A stretch of DNA of 64,000 bases from Candidatus Shapirobacteria bacterium (GTDB taxonomy: Bacteria > Patescibacteriota > Microgenomatia > UBA12405). The notes under the pieces were generated by a model, which saw only the letters and a program-made list of their open reading frames with translations, did no database searches and was not told the DNA's origin. Location: contig JBAZML010000003.1 of NCBI GenBank assembly GCA_041649835.1, positions 1,451 to 65,450 of the forward strand, read 5' to 3'. The position numbers and the translations under genes are program-made. Shown piece by piece: positions 20,860 through 30,737 of this stretch; position 1 is the stretch's first letter, and each line of letters begins with the position of its first letter.

Positions 20860-21256
20860 TTTTTCTATCCATTGCCAGATTGGCTAAAGAATCAGCCATA
20901 ACATTATATTCTCTTCGGATCTCTTTAAATTCAATTTTTTTACCGACACACAAATCTTTGGCCGTATTCCATAATAATTTTAAATGAGGTGCCTTAACCT
21001 TATATATTCCCTTCATTTGTCTTACTAAAAGTTGAGAATCAGAATTAATTTCAATTTCTTCATTTGGCGCTTTGTCGTTAATCCAGGTAAGGGCTCCAAT
21101 TAAACCCATATATTCTGCTTCATTATTTGTTTTTATTCCCAAAAATTTTCCTTCTTCAAATAGAATTTTTTTATTTTCATCTTCAATATGTACCCCATAA
21201 CCGGCAATTCCCGGATTTCCCCTAGCGCCACCATCTGTAAAAACTTTCAACCTCAT
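20849..21256 (-). CDS. rnhA: Ribonuclease HI
   Basis: FTDGGARGNPG..NNEAEYMGL pattern of RNase H type I. Confidence 0.85.
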   Translation of the reverse strand: MRLKVFTDGGARGNPGIAGYGVHIEDENKKILFEEGKFLGIKTNNEAEYMGLIGALTWINDKAPNEEIEINSDSQLLVRQMKGIYKVKAPHLKLLWNTAKDLCVGKKIEFKEIRREYNVMADSLANLAMDRKNEK

Positions 21257-21263
21257 GACATTA

Positions 21264-22004
21264 TCATACCAAAAAATACATTATCCCTATGCCGAAGATG
21301 ACCGTTATTAATTGCCATATAGTTTCCCTAATTTGACTTTGGTGTCGGTGAAGTTCAGGAATTAAATCAGAAGCCGCCAAATATATAAATCCACCGGCTG
21401 TTAGTCCCATTAACTCTCCGTTTATATTTACTTTATTTCCGATTATCCATACCATAGCTACTCCAATCAAACTAAAAAGAGCTGAGGATAAATTCATTAA
21501 GGATGCTTTTTTTAAACTTAAGCCGCTATGGATTAAGATAGCCAAATCTCCTATTTCTTGAGGAATTTCGTGCAACATCACCGCCAATGAAGTTGCTATA
21601 CCCGTTGGAACACTTACTCCAAAACTGCCCGTAATTATCAAACCATCAATTAAGTTATGAATCGAGTCCGCCGCGATACTCATTTCTCCTAAATGACTCT
21701 TTTGATCACATTCAACATTGTGACAGTGTCTCCATTTTAAAATTTTTTCGAGAACAAAAAAAATCATTATTCCGATAATTATCATCAATCCCGTTTTTTC
21801 GGATTCAATAATTTTCATGGATTCAGGAATCAGATGTAAAAAGGCATCTCCAAGTAATGCTCCGGTAGCCAATCCCACTAATGTTAATAATTCTCTTTTT
21901 AATATGTTTTTTCGGACTTTAAAAAAGAATAACCCGGTTAATGACAGTAAGCTCATCAGTAGTGACACTCCGGCTGCTATTAATATTGGATTCATGGGGA
22001 CCAT
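21264..22004 (-). CDS. ZIP-family divalent metal transporter (ZupT-like)
   Basis: HNLIDGL and LHEIPQEIGD motifs. Polytopic. Confidence 0.8.
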   Translation of the reverse strand: MVPMNPILIAAGVSLLMSLLSLTGLFFFKVRKNILKRELLTLVGLATGALLGDAFLHLIPESMKIIESEKTGLMIIIGIMIFFVLEKILKWRHCHNVECDQKSHLGEMSIAADSIHNLIDGLIITGSFGVSVPTGIATSLAVMLHEIPQEIGDLAILIHSGLSLKKASLMNLSSALFSLIGVAMVWIIGNKVNINGELMGLTAGGFIYLAASDLIPELHRHQSQIRETIWQLITVIFGIGIMYFLV

Positions 22005-22045
22005 TCTACTTCATTTTTTCTCATTTAGCCAGTTATAATAGAATT

Positions 22046-23548
22046 GTGGAAACAGACGATTTTAAATCACCATTACCTCCTCGTCGTGTCAATGTCCCCG
22101 ACACTCAAACTTCAACCTCGGTTCCTTCGGTAGCTAATGTTCCTTCGGAGACCAATACTCCGGTTGAATCGGTCTTACCCAAGAAAAAAATTCGTAAATC
22201 ACCACCTTTTTTGTTATTTGGTCTTATCGGTGCGATTTTAGTCGGCCTGGCCCTATTGGTTTATTTTGTCATTATTCCGTCTCTCAAGACCAAAAAAATT
22301 GAACCAATTACATTGACCTATTGGGGTTTATGGGAAGATTCCAGTGTTCTTCAGGGTCTAATTTCTGAATTTGAGACAAAAAATCCCGAAATTAAAATCA
22401 AATACAAAAAAAATGATAAAACCGATTATCGAAGTCGGCTTGCCGGTCGTTTAACCAAAGACCCTTTATTAGAAGAAGTTCCCGACATTTTTAGAATTCA
22501 TAGTTCTTGGTTACCAATGTTTACTGATATGTTGGCTCCAGTTCCTTCCACTTCTGTTACAGCCATAAATCTTGATCAGGATTTTTACGCAGTTTATAAA
22601 AACGATCTAAAGATGGGTAACTCATACTATGCAGTTCCGCTGATGTATGATGGTCTAACCCTTTTTTACAACAAAGATTTAATTCAAAAGGGCGGCGTGG
22701 AGCTACCTAAATCATGGTGGGATTTACAGACCACTGGCGCCAAGCTAACTGTTCGGGATGAGTCCGGCAACATCCAAATCGCCGGTGTCGCCATGGGTTT
22801 AACTGACAATGTCGATCATTGGAGTGATATTTTAGGCCTCCTCCTCAGACAAAATGGTGCTGATATTCTCAAAGACAATCCTGACAATGATGCCAAAATC
22901 AAAGATGTTCTCTCTTACTACGTTAATTTCCGCAGTAAATATCAAACATGGGATGAAACTCTTCCACCATCGACTCAACTTTTTGCCCAAGGTAAACTGG
23001 CATTTTATATCGCCCCATCCTGGAGAGTTTTCAATATTGAAGAATTAAACCCCAATCTTTCTTTCGAAATTACCACCGTACCTCAATTACCCACACTTCA
23101 GGATATTTCAGCCTCATCGGCCAATTCTATGGCCAATTTAACCAATATTCATTGGGCAACATATTGGGCAGAAGCAGTAAATTCAAAAAGCAAACACCAA
23201 AAAGAAGCTTGGAAATTTATTGAATTTTTAACCTCGAAAGATTCTTTAGAAAAAATGTATACTGCCGCTTCTCAGATACGGAGTTTTGGCGAAATCTATC
23301 CCAGAATCAGTATGGCTGAAAAAATAAGTAGTAATCCTAAACTAAAGCCATTTTTGGAGACTGCCAACAATGCCCAAAGTGGTTATTTATCTTCAAATAC
23401 CTATGATTCAGGTCTTAATTCAGAATTAAGTAAATATTTTAGTGATGCAGTTAATGGTTTAATAATAAACAATAGTGACTCTACCGCGATTATGACAGCC
23501 TTGAAAAACGGTCTTAATCAGGTAGTTCAGAAATATCATTTAAAATGA
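22046..23548 (+). CDS. Membrane-anchored extracellular solute-binding protein (ABC SBP family 1-like)
   Basis: Pro-rich linker, TM helix, then an SBP_bac_1-like domain. The ORF opens at 21941 but overlaps the ZIP gene. An in-frame GTG at 22046 is proposed as start, but this is uncertain. Confidence 0.5.
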   Translation: METDDFKSPLPPRRVNVPDTQTSTSVPSVANVPSETNTPVESVLPKKKIRKSPPFLLFGLIGAILVGLALLVYFVIIPSLKTKKIEPITLTYWGLWEDSSVLQGLISEFETKNPEIKIKYKKNDKTDYRSRLAGRLTKDPLLEEVPDIFRIHSSWLPMFTDMLAPVPSTSVTAINLDQDFYAVYKNDLKMGNSYYAVPLMYDGLTLFYNKDLIQKGGVELPKSWWDLQTTGAKLTVRDESGNIQIAGVAMGLTDNVDHWSDILGLLLRQNGADILKDNPDNDAKIKDVLSYYVNFRSKYQTWDETLPPSTQLFAQGKLAFYIAPSWRVFNIEELNPNLSFEITTVPQLPTLQDISASSANSMANLTNIHWATYWAEAVNSKSKHQKEAWKFIEFLTSKDSLEKMYTAASQIRSFGEIYPRISMAEKISSNPKLKPFLETANNAQSGYLSSNTYDSGLNSELSKYFSDAVNGLIINNSDSTAIMTALKNGLNQVVQKYHLK

Positions 23549-24204
23549 TTTTAATTAACTATAAAATTTATCGGGAAACATTCGGAAACAAAGCCATCGA
23601 ATTAGCAAAAATTATCAAAGAGGTGGGGGACAAATATAAAATTAGAACTGTAGTTACTACTTCGGCTCTCGATGCTTTAAAAGTTCAGCGAGAAACCGGA
23701 GTTGAAGTTTGGTTACAAAACGTTGATGAATTTGATGAAGGTAAACATACCGGTTGGATTTCTGCCCAACAAGCCTATGATTTAGGTATAAAAGGTAGTT
23801 TGATTAATCATTCAGAGCATAAAATTCCCAAAGGTAAAATTGCTAAAATTATTAAATCCAAACCAGCTGATTTTGAAATAATGTGTTGTGTTGCTTCGGT
23901 AAGTCAAATTAAACAATGGACGAACAAATTAAAACCGGAATGGGTGCTTTATGAACCACCCGAACTAATTGCCAGTAAAGATAAATCTGTTGCCACAGAA
24001 AATCCGGATATGATTAAATCTGCTGCACAAGCCTTAAACGGGGTTAAGTTGTTAGTAGGAGCTGGTGTTAAAAGTAGGCAGGATGTTAAAGTAAGTTTAA
24101 ATATGGGTGCCAAAGGGGTCGGTTTAGCCAGTGCTTTCGTCTTAAATAACAATCCACAAGCCCTATTAGAGGAGATTGCCTCCGGTTTTGATGGTATAAT
24201 TTAA
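23545..24204 (+). CDS. tpiA: Triose-phosphate isomerase, archaeal-type (short, about 220 aa)
   Basis: LINHSEH, EPPELIASK and LVGAGV match archaeal TIM signatures (LLNHSENR, EPPELIGTG, LCGAGI) rather than the bacterial AYEPVWAIGTG form. Confidence 0.7.
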   Translation: MILINYKIYRETFGNKAIELAKIIKEVGDKYKIRTVVTTSALDALKVQRETGVEVWLQNVDEFDEGKHTGWISAQQAYDLGIKGSLINHSEHKIPKGKIAKIIKSKPADFEIMCCVASVSQIKQWTNKLKPEWVLYEPPELIASKDKSVATENPDMIKSAAQALNGVKLLVGAGVKSRQDVKVSLNMGAKGVGLASAFVLNNNPQALLEEIASGFDGII

Positions 24205-24211
24205 CAATCCT

Positions 24212-24925
24212 ATGGCATCTATTGATAACCTACTTGTTTCTTTGTTTGTTGATGAAATTGTCGGTGGTTTTTTAGTCACCGTCCCCCCGGGTCATGTTGG
24301 TTGTATTTATGATATTTTTCGCGGTGTAATCAAGAATGTTTGGTATCCAGGTATGCATTTTAAAATCCCAATTATTCATCGGGTTAAATTGTTCAATGCC
24401 CAGCTCATCGAATATACCATTGCCAAAGATGTTTTCCTCAAGGACAACAAAGAAATTATGGGTGATGAATTAATTCATGCTGTTACTGCCGACAACAAGT
24501 TTGTGGCTGTAGAGGCTACAGTTTTAATCAAGCTTGATACTGAAAGATTACCTGAAATTTGGCAAAATATTGGTGAAAATTTTGTTTCAAAAGTTGTTCG
24601 TCCTGTTACCCGAAGTCGCATTCGTAAAGTTTTAACTAACCACACTCTGGTCAAATCTCTTTCCACTGATCGTAGCCTGATTGAAGATGAAATTAAGCAA
24701 GAACTTCGAGACTCTTTAACTCAACATGGTCTCTTTGTTGAGAATTTTTATTTAAGTTCTCTCACCCCGATTGATGCCCCCATAAACATGGGTGACAATC
24801 CGGAATTACCAAAAGATGCCGAAGAAATAAAAAGTGAAAGACTTATTTCTGGACTCCGCTCAGACCCAACCCCCATGCCCGAGAAGCCCCAAAACCCCTC
24901 AAGGTCTTCAGTGCCGCAGTCATAG
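24212..24925 (+). CDS. SPFH/Band-7 (stomatin/prohibitin-like) domain protein
   Basis: N-terminal hydrophobic segment followed by an SPFH-like core. 3' end overlaps the convergent comF-like gene. Confidence 0.45.
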   Translation: MASIDNLLVSLFVDEIVGGFLVTVPPGHVGCIYDIFRGVIKNVWYPGMHFKIPIIHRVKLFNAQLIEYTIAKDVFLKDNKEIMGDELIHAVTADNKFVAVEATVLIKLDTERLPEIWQNIGENFVSKVVRPVTRSRIRKVLTNHTLVKSLSTDRSLIEDEIKQELRDSLTQHGLFVENFYLSSLTPIDAPINMGDNPELPKDAEEIKSERLISGLRSDPTPMPEKPQNPSRSSVPQS

Positions 24926-25487
24926 TTGCTCCGCTGGTAATTACATCATCAATTAAAATAATTTTTTCCGGAACAATTTTTTCTTGATTTACTTCAAAAA
25001 CATTAATAATATTTTTTCTTCTGATTTCACGGTTTTTGATTGTTGCTTGATTTTTTGTATTTTTATTTTTGAATAAAATATCAGTTTCACACCTTAAATT
25101 TAAAAAATCAGCCAAATGGATCGCCAATATTTCACTTTGATTGAATCCTCTCCAATTTTTCCTTTGCCAAAATAGAGGAATAGGTATCATCGTATATTTT
25201 TCTTTTTGCCAATATCTAATCACATTTGGGTACTTTAAAAGCAAATTGTTGCCCATCAAAATTGCCAACTCTTCCAGTGCATTGGTCACATATTCATATT
25301 TAATTATTTCAATTATATTTTTCATCAGGCCGTCATATTTATATATAGAGATTATTCCTTCAAAATTATCAGTTTTTGTCAAAGAACCCAAAATCATTTT
25401 GTTTTCACATAATCTACAGATATATTTATTACCTTTATGACATCCAAAACAATTTTTTGGAAATAACCAGTCGACTATCAAAGACAT
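24843..25487 (-). CDS. ComF-family phosphoribosyltransferase (ComFC-like)
   Basis: N-terminal 4-Cys zinc ribbon (CFGCH..CRLC). PRTase motif ILIDDVITSGATM. Confidence 0.75.
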   Translation of the reverse strand: MSLIVDWLFPKNCFGCHKGNKYICRLCENKMILGSLTKTDNFEGIISIYKYDGLMKNIIEIIKYEYVTNALEELAILMGNNLLLKYPNVIRYWQKEKYTMIPIPLFWQRKNWRGFNQSEILAIHLADFLNLRCETDILFKNKNTKNQATIKNREIRRKNIINVFEVNQEKIVPEKIILIDDVITSGATMTAALKTLRGFGASRAWGLGLSGVQK

Positions 25488-25508
25488 AATTTAATTGTAG
25501 AATAACTT

Positions 25509-26576
25509 ATGTCATTGCCAAAACGTTTAAATGCTTCAAACCTTCTTTTGGACTTCTCGACATGGGCCCTGCTAAGTTTATTTGGTACCAGATTGTTTAT
25601 TGAGGTGTTCAATAGCCCCATTATTGGTCGTGGAAATTGGCACATTGCCCATGTTCTTTTTGGAGGTATTTTTATGTTGGTGGGAATTATTATTTTATTG
25701 GTTTTTTACGGTAAAAATTCAATTAGATACGCCTCAATTTTTGCCGGTATTGGTTGGGGAATGTTCATTGATGAAATCGGTAAGTATGTTACCCGGGACA
25801 ATAATTATTGGTTTCGTCCGGCAATCATTTTCATTTATCTTTCCTTTGTCTTGTTATTTTTTTTGTACCGTCTTCTTGAAAAAAAGACTGCTCAAGATCG
25901 CTCTTCTTTGTGGCATGAGCTTTTTGATGGTTGTCAGGAATTGTTTAACGACGATTTAGAAATCAATGAGAAAAAAGAACTTCTAATAAAGATTAATAAT
26001 ATTAAAAATTTAAATCATTCTTTAAAAGAAAATAAAATTCTTGAGGATTTAGAAGACTTAGTGAAATCGGTTACTCCGATCAATAATAAATACAACTTCG
26101 ACCTAGTCAAGTTAGTTGCCTCTTCTTTTCAAATTACCTATAATCGTCTTTTTAAGAAAAAATTAGCTTTGTATGGCCTGATTGTCTACAGTTTTTGGTA
26201 CACAATCGACAAATTAACTGATTTGATAAACCTGCTATTAAATCAAAATAAACTCGCCCTTCTACAAGATTATTATCTTCATTATGATTTCTTTTCAAAG
26301 GCCGATGTATACATGATTACATTTAAATTTATAACTGAAATAATTGTCGCCACACTTTTTGCCATTGGACTCATTAACTGGTCAAGAAAAAAAGTCATTA
26401 AAGGTATTAAATTTTATCAGTGGGGTTTGCTTGTCAACATTTTTATAGGGTCGCTTTTAAAATTTTACTTTGAACAATTTAGTGGTGTTTTTAGTTTAGT
26501 TTTAGCACTAATAGTTTGGGCTTGGCTTGACAATTATCGCCAGGAACGACGCTTGTCTGTTGGACATAAAACTTGA
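25509..26576 (+). CDS. Hypothetical polytopic membrane protein
   Basis: Multiple TM helices. No recognised domain. Confidence 0.4.
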   Translation: MSLPKRLNASNLLLDFSTWALLSLFGTRLFIEVFNSPIIGRGNWHIAHVLFGGIFMLVGIIILLVFYGKNSIRYASIFAGIGWGMFIDEIGKYVTRDNNYWFRPAIIFIYLSFVLLFFLYRLLEKKTAQDRSSLWHELFDGCQELFNDDLEINEKKELLIKINNIKNLNHSLKENKILEDLEDLVKSVTPINNKYNFDLVKLVASSFQITYNRLFKKKLALYGLIVYSFWYTIDKLTDLINLLLNQNKLALLQDYYLHYDFFSKADVYMITFKFITEIIVATLFAIGLINWSRKKVIKGIKFYQWGLLVNIFIGSLLKFYFEQFSGVFSLVLALIVWAWLDNYRQERRLSVGHKT

Positions 26577-26623
26577 AAAAATAGGCTATTTTTGCTACAA
26601 TTCCTTACTTCGTGGAGATGTAA

Positions 26624-27040
26624 TGATTTGACGGAGTTGTTCTTTAAAAAACTGCAAGCCGACTTTGATTCATGAGTCGTAAAACAGAGTCAAAACAAAC
26701 ATGCCAAAAAATCTTTTGGTGTTAATTTAGCTTTTGATTTTTCCGGCTTCGGCTTTGGAAAAACTCAATCCGCTTCAGCTTTAGCTGTAGCTTGCTAAAA
26801 AAACCATTCTTTAATCTCCCATTCTAGAGAGGGTTAATGAGTGTAAATTAAACTAGAACGCTGTTTTTAGGATTTCGATTTTCTAAAAATCTAAGAGGGG
26901 AGTAATTTCCTCAACAATCGACACTTCAACACTTTTCACTTATTTTAGTTGTTGGGGGTGTAGGATAAAGTATCTTAAGCTTGTAGACGTTTTTTTTAGT
27001 CGACTTTCGGACCCCGGGTCACTCTCGGGCATCTCCTCCA
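26624..27040 (+). ncRNA. ssrA: tmRNA (ssrA), one-piece
   Basis: 7-bp acceptor stem: 5' GGAGATG pairs with CATCTCC at the 3' end, followed by TCCA. 5' domain GGAGATGTAATGATTTGACGGAG resembles the Bacillus tmRNA GGGGACGTTACGGATTCGACAGGG. T-arm CCCGG-GTCACTC-TCGGG. Internal tag frame at 26757-26798 encodes GKTQSASALAVAC-stop. smpB lies convergent immediately downstream. Followed by a rho-independent terminator. Confidence 0.6.
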
Positions 27041-27042
27041 AA

Positions 27043-27069
27043 CAAAAATCCCGTTTATCGGGATTTTTT
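27043..27069. terminator. Bidirectional rho-independent terminator between ssrA and smpB
   Basis: AAAAA-ATCCCG-TTTAT-CGGGAT-TTTTT: GC-rich hairpin flanked by an A-run and a T-run. Confidence 0.55.
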
Positions 27070-27484
27070 AGTTTCTGATTCCACTCTTTATTTCTTTATC
27101 TTTTATCTTTTCTCTTTTTTCAAATTTTCTCATCTTCCTTCCAATTCCAATTTCCATTTTAAACCAAATTCCTTGCAGAAAAATTGCAATTGGAATCATC
27201 ATATACTTTTGGTTTCGGTAAGATTGCAACTTTGCAATTTCCTTGGAATTTAGTAGTAATCTTCTTTCACCACTTTTATCTTTTTCTTGACTTTGACTGT
27301 ATTTATATGAAGTTATTTCTAAATTTAGAACTGTCGGTATGCCATTAATTACTTCCACTTTTGCCCCCTTAAATTGGACTCCGTTAACTCGCAGTGCCTT
27401 GGCATCAGAACCGTTTAGAACGAGACCGGCTACAATCTTGTCGCTAAAATTGTAATCACTTGAATCTCGATTAAAATATCTCAT
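27068..27484 (-). CDS. smpB: SsrA-binding protein SmpB
   Basis: GLVLNGSDAKALR..SY core and ERRLLLNSKEIAKL (RKLLLHKxEIxKL motif), plus a basic C-terminal tail. Confidence 0.8.
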   Translation of the reverse strand: MRYFNRDSSDYNFSDKIVAGLVLNGSDAKALRVNGVQFKGAKVEVINGIPTVLNLEITSYKYSQSQEKDKSGERRLLLNSKEIAKLQSYRNQKYMMIPIAIFLQGIWFKMEIGIGRKMRKFEKREKIKDKEIKSGIRN

Positions 27485-28932
27485 TTAATTTTTATTCGAT
27501 AAATTTTTCCATTTTTGGCTAACACTAAAACTGCGTTATTTTGTTTTTCAATTCCAATGTCGTTTATTTTAATATTAGAAAAATTGTACTTGCCTAAAAT
27601 TTTACCATCTTTACCGTAAATTACCACTGTGTTTTCATCAATTATATCAGCCAAAAAATTTACTTTGTCACTGGTCCTTAATTTTTTTGCCGATGTTGAT
27701 GCGGGTATAAAACTCATTTCAAAGTTTTCATCGACACCTTGGGTATATTTATAAATTTTACCGGAAGCACCCAATACCCAAATACTACTGTCAATACTAA
27801 TACTGCTTATGGTTTCTTTCAAAGTTATACCGTTCTTTAGCCAAATATTTCCTTCCCCTTGAGTTAGTTTACTGATGTTTTGATTACCGTTATCAATCAC
27901 ATATGTCAAACCATTCCATCCAGTCATTTCTCCAATTGTTTGCACCCCGCTAATTTCTGTTTCCACCAATTCATTTCTTTTAATTTCGTAAATTTTGTTT
28001 TGATTATATCCATACCACTTTTCTCCATTATTAAATATTCCTAACCAAGATTTTATTCTTTCATCTTCAACAATTTTTTCTTTTGATTTAAGTAAAGGGT
28101 CAATCATATTTATTTGTCCCAATGCGGCACTCCAGAGATATGCTACTCCATCCTTAATAGCCATTCCCGAAAATAAGTCATTACCTTCTGCAATCAGGGA
28201 CGTATCATAGGCAATTTCATATTCCACGTTTTCTCCTCCCAAAGTCTTAATTATTTCTCCAATTTTTGTTTTTAATTCTGTTAATTGGGAAATATATTTT
28301 TTTTCAGTTATTCCCGAATTACCAATTAAGTCTTCAGCATTTCGAGCTAACTGTAAGGCGGTCTCAATATTTACACTCCGGACACTATCTATTTCTAATA
28401 TCTTTGCTTCCACCTCACTTCTGGTTTGTTCAAATTTTTTATTCTGTTCATTTGTCGTCTTTTTTTGATAGCCTAAAAATGTTCCTGCAATCAACAAGAC
28501 AAAAACCACCCCTCCTAAAATCATATTTAAACTTTTATTATTTTTTTCTTGAAAAAATGGTTTTTCGTTAACATATATTGATTGTCTATTTTCAATTTTT
28601 TCATCAGTGAATTCCATCATTATCGCCGCTCCTTCAAAGTTGTTTCTTTCTCCATTTTGATATTCGCCTTTGGCTGTCTCATTAAGTAGCCAAATTTTAT
28701 CACCAATCTTAATTTTTCCTTTAGCCGTTGTCACCAGTCTTGCTGTTTTATTTTCCCTAACTATAAGTACTTCTCCACTACCGGACACTTCGATAACAGC
28801 AGACTCTCTCGTAATTTTTACAAAAACGCTTTCAAGATTATTTTTCAGTTTAAATCCCTCATTATTTTCGGATATTTGCCAACCACTATTTTGGGCCTTT
28901 GCCCCAATAAACTTCTTTACCTTATAACGCAT
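27481..28932 (-). CDS. Hypothetical single-pass membrane protein with C-terminal repeat (beta-propeller-like) region
   Basis: N-terminal cytoplasmic domain, one TM helix, a coiled-coil segment, then repeated GxIY/W units. ATGA overlap with smpB. Confidence 0.45.
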   Translation of the reverse strand: MRYKVKKFIGAKAQNSGWQISENNEGFKLKNNLESVFVKITRESAVIEVSGSGEVLIVRENKTARLVTTAKGKIKIGDKIWLLNETAKGEYQNGERNNFEGAAIMMEFTDEKIENRQSIYVNEKPFFQEKNNKSLNMILGGVVFVLLIAGTFLGYQKKTTNEQNKKFEQTRSEVEAKILEIDSVRSVNIETALQLARNAEDLIGNSGITEKKYISQLTELKTKIGEIIKTLGGENVEYEIAYDTSLIAEGNDLFSGMAIKDGVAYLWSAALGQINMIDPLLKSKEKIVEDERIKSWLGIFNNGEKWYGYNQNKIYEIKRNELVETEISGVQTIGEMTGWNGLTYVIDNGNQNISKLTQGEGNIWLKNGITLKETISSISIDSSIWVLGASGKIYKYTQGVDENFEMSFIPASTSAKKLRTSDKVNFLADIIDENTVVIYGKDGKILGKYNFSNIKINDIGIEKQNNAVLVLAKNGKIYRIKIK

Positions 28933-28944
28933 TAAAAAATGATA

Positions 28945-29163
28945 CTACAGAATAGTCCAGGCCAAAAATACCAAGAGTATTGAAGCCGCCAAATGTAAGT
29001 AAGAAACACTAATTAAAATACTGTTAATTTTATCCCTAACATTTCTCGACATCGTTCCGACTTGTTTAACTACCACTAAAGCAAATACAAAATATATTAA
29101 GCTTCCCAAAATCGCAAATATTTTTTCTGCCAACATTAAATATCCATTAAGGTCATTAAACAT
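28945..29163 (-). CDS. Small membrane protein, hypothetical
   Basis: 72 aa, two TM helices, contiguous with flanking genes. Confidence 0.3.
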   Translation of the reverse strand: MFNDLNGYLMLAEKIFAILGSLIYFVFALVVVKQVGTMSRNVRDKINSILISVSYLHLAASILLVFLAWTIL

Positions 29164-29906
29164 TATTTATTTCCCCCTCTTTTTTCTTCATTCTCTCTTA
29201 AGATCTGTAACACTTTTATTATTTTTTCCGGATTGGGAACCAATTCAAATTGAATTTCTGATACTTCAGCCGCAGTTTGAATATAGACGGTTCCAAAGTT
29301 AAACATTGTTTGACTTACACCGCTTACTCTGGAAGTTATATCCTGAATCATTGATAATTTGGCTTCGGAAAACTTTTTGTCAAGTAGATTGTTAAAAGCG
29401 ATATCAATTACTCTTTCATCAGTAATTATATATACATCAAAATACCAAGATAAAAATTTTTCAAAAGAAAAAGCAAATGTTATTAAATACCATGCAAAAA
29501 TTCCCAGTATTTCAAATTTTGTTGGAAGGTTGTTAATTATTGGTACAAATCTCAGTAAACTTGGCGCAATAATTAATACGATAGTTGTCAAAATCCAAGA
29601 TAGATTGGTTATCCAATGAGGTCGGGCCACTAAAATAATTTTTTCATCACTATCTCTTTCTTCAAAATCAAATATGTGGGGATTTATCAAAAGTGATGAA
29701 AGTGGAGACTTAGTATGTCCGACAATTCCATAGATTTTGTCTCTGACTTCCTCTGAAGAATCGACTGTTTCTCTAATTTTTTTTGTTTCGCTTTCCGTTT
29801 CTTTTAATACTTCAACCTCTTCGATTTTTGGAGATACAGTCATCCGATTTTTTACTTCAATTTGATCATCAGGTGCCACTGAATCTAAATCCATCGATCT
29901 TGTCAT
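29163..29906 (-). CDS. Bacterial PH-domain (bPH_2/YdbT-like) membrane protein
   Basis: Acidic N-terminus, two TM helices, then the YIITDERV..G-rich bPH_2-like region. Confidence 0.5.
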   Translation of the reverse strand: MTRSMDLDSVAPDDQIEVKNRMTVSPKIEEVEVLKETESETKKIRETVDSSEEVRDKIYGIVGHTKSPLSSLLINPHIFDFEERDSDEKIILVARPHWITNLSWILTTIVLIIAPSLLRFVPIINNLPTKFEILGIFAWYLITFAFSFEKFLSWYFDVYIITDERVIDIAFNNLLDKKFSEAKLSMIQDITSRVSGVSQTMFNFGTVYIQTAAEVSEIQFELVPNPEKIIKVLQILRENEEKRGGNK

Positions 29907-29909
29907 GAG

Positions 29910-30419
29910 TTATTTTAACATTTGATTAGCTCCAATCAAATCAGCTATATTTTTCGCCAAAAATTTAGATACGCCCCTTTTAGGCAAATGTAAAAATAAA
30001 TGTTTTGTCTTCAATTTTTTTTTATTAATATTTAGTTGAGTTTCAAAAGCAATCCAGTTGCAATTATAAGTTCCCATATTTTCGGTAATTTCAAATACTG
30101 CTGGTTCATACATCTCAATTTCGGGTAGGCTCAATTCAATTTTTATAGGAGCTAGGGTATAGATTGAATCTTTACCATAAACATTTCTGGCCACTGTTTC
30201 AATTCTAATTTTTTCTCCATCTCCGTAAAAATCACCAAGTCCGATTATCAAGTCGTAAACATCGTTACGAATATATTTATTGGCAAAACTTCTCGGATGT
30301 CCAAAAATAACCTGATAATTTATACCCAAACTTTGTGGTAAATATCGTTGTAAATCACTGTAGGTTCGTCTCGATACATTCGTACCCCATTGATTTGAAA
30401 AAGCATAAATCAAAATCAT
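29910..30419 (-). CDS. Pyroglutamyl-peptidase I-like (peptidase C15) protein
   Basis: GTYNCN matches the catalytic-Cys motif GTYVCN. LFLHLP matches the catalytic-His region. Confidence 0.45.
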   Translation of the reverse strand: MILIYAFSNQWGTNVSRRTYSDLQRYLPQSLGINYQVIFGHPRSFANKYIRNDVYDLIIGLGDFYGDGEKIRIETVARNVYGKDSIYTLAPIKIELSLPEIEMYEPAVFEITENMGTYNCNWIAFETQLNINKKKLKTKHLFLHLPKRGVSKFLAKNIADLIGANQMLK

Positions 30420-30737
30420 GTTTTTTAATTCGTATTAATCTAAGTTGATAATATCAAAACAATACTATAGATTTATATCTAATGGCTAAAAAAAGAATTG
30501 GATTAATAATCATTCGCGTACTTTCAATCTGTCTAATTCTTCACCTAATTCGAGACATCATGCAGTTAATAGGAGTTCACAACTTCATTACCGATTTTTA
30601 TCATTTTCAGGGTGTCAAAGACACCAACAAAATGTTGGGTTTAATTGGGCTTCAATACAAGAATTGGACGGAAATTCCCATGATACTGATTGAATTAATT
30701 TTAATAAAAATACTATCTAAGTATAAAAAAACAAAAT

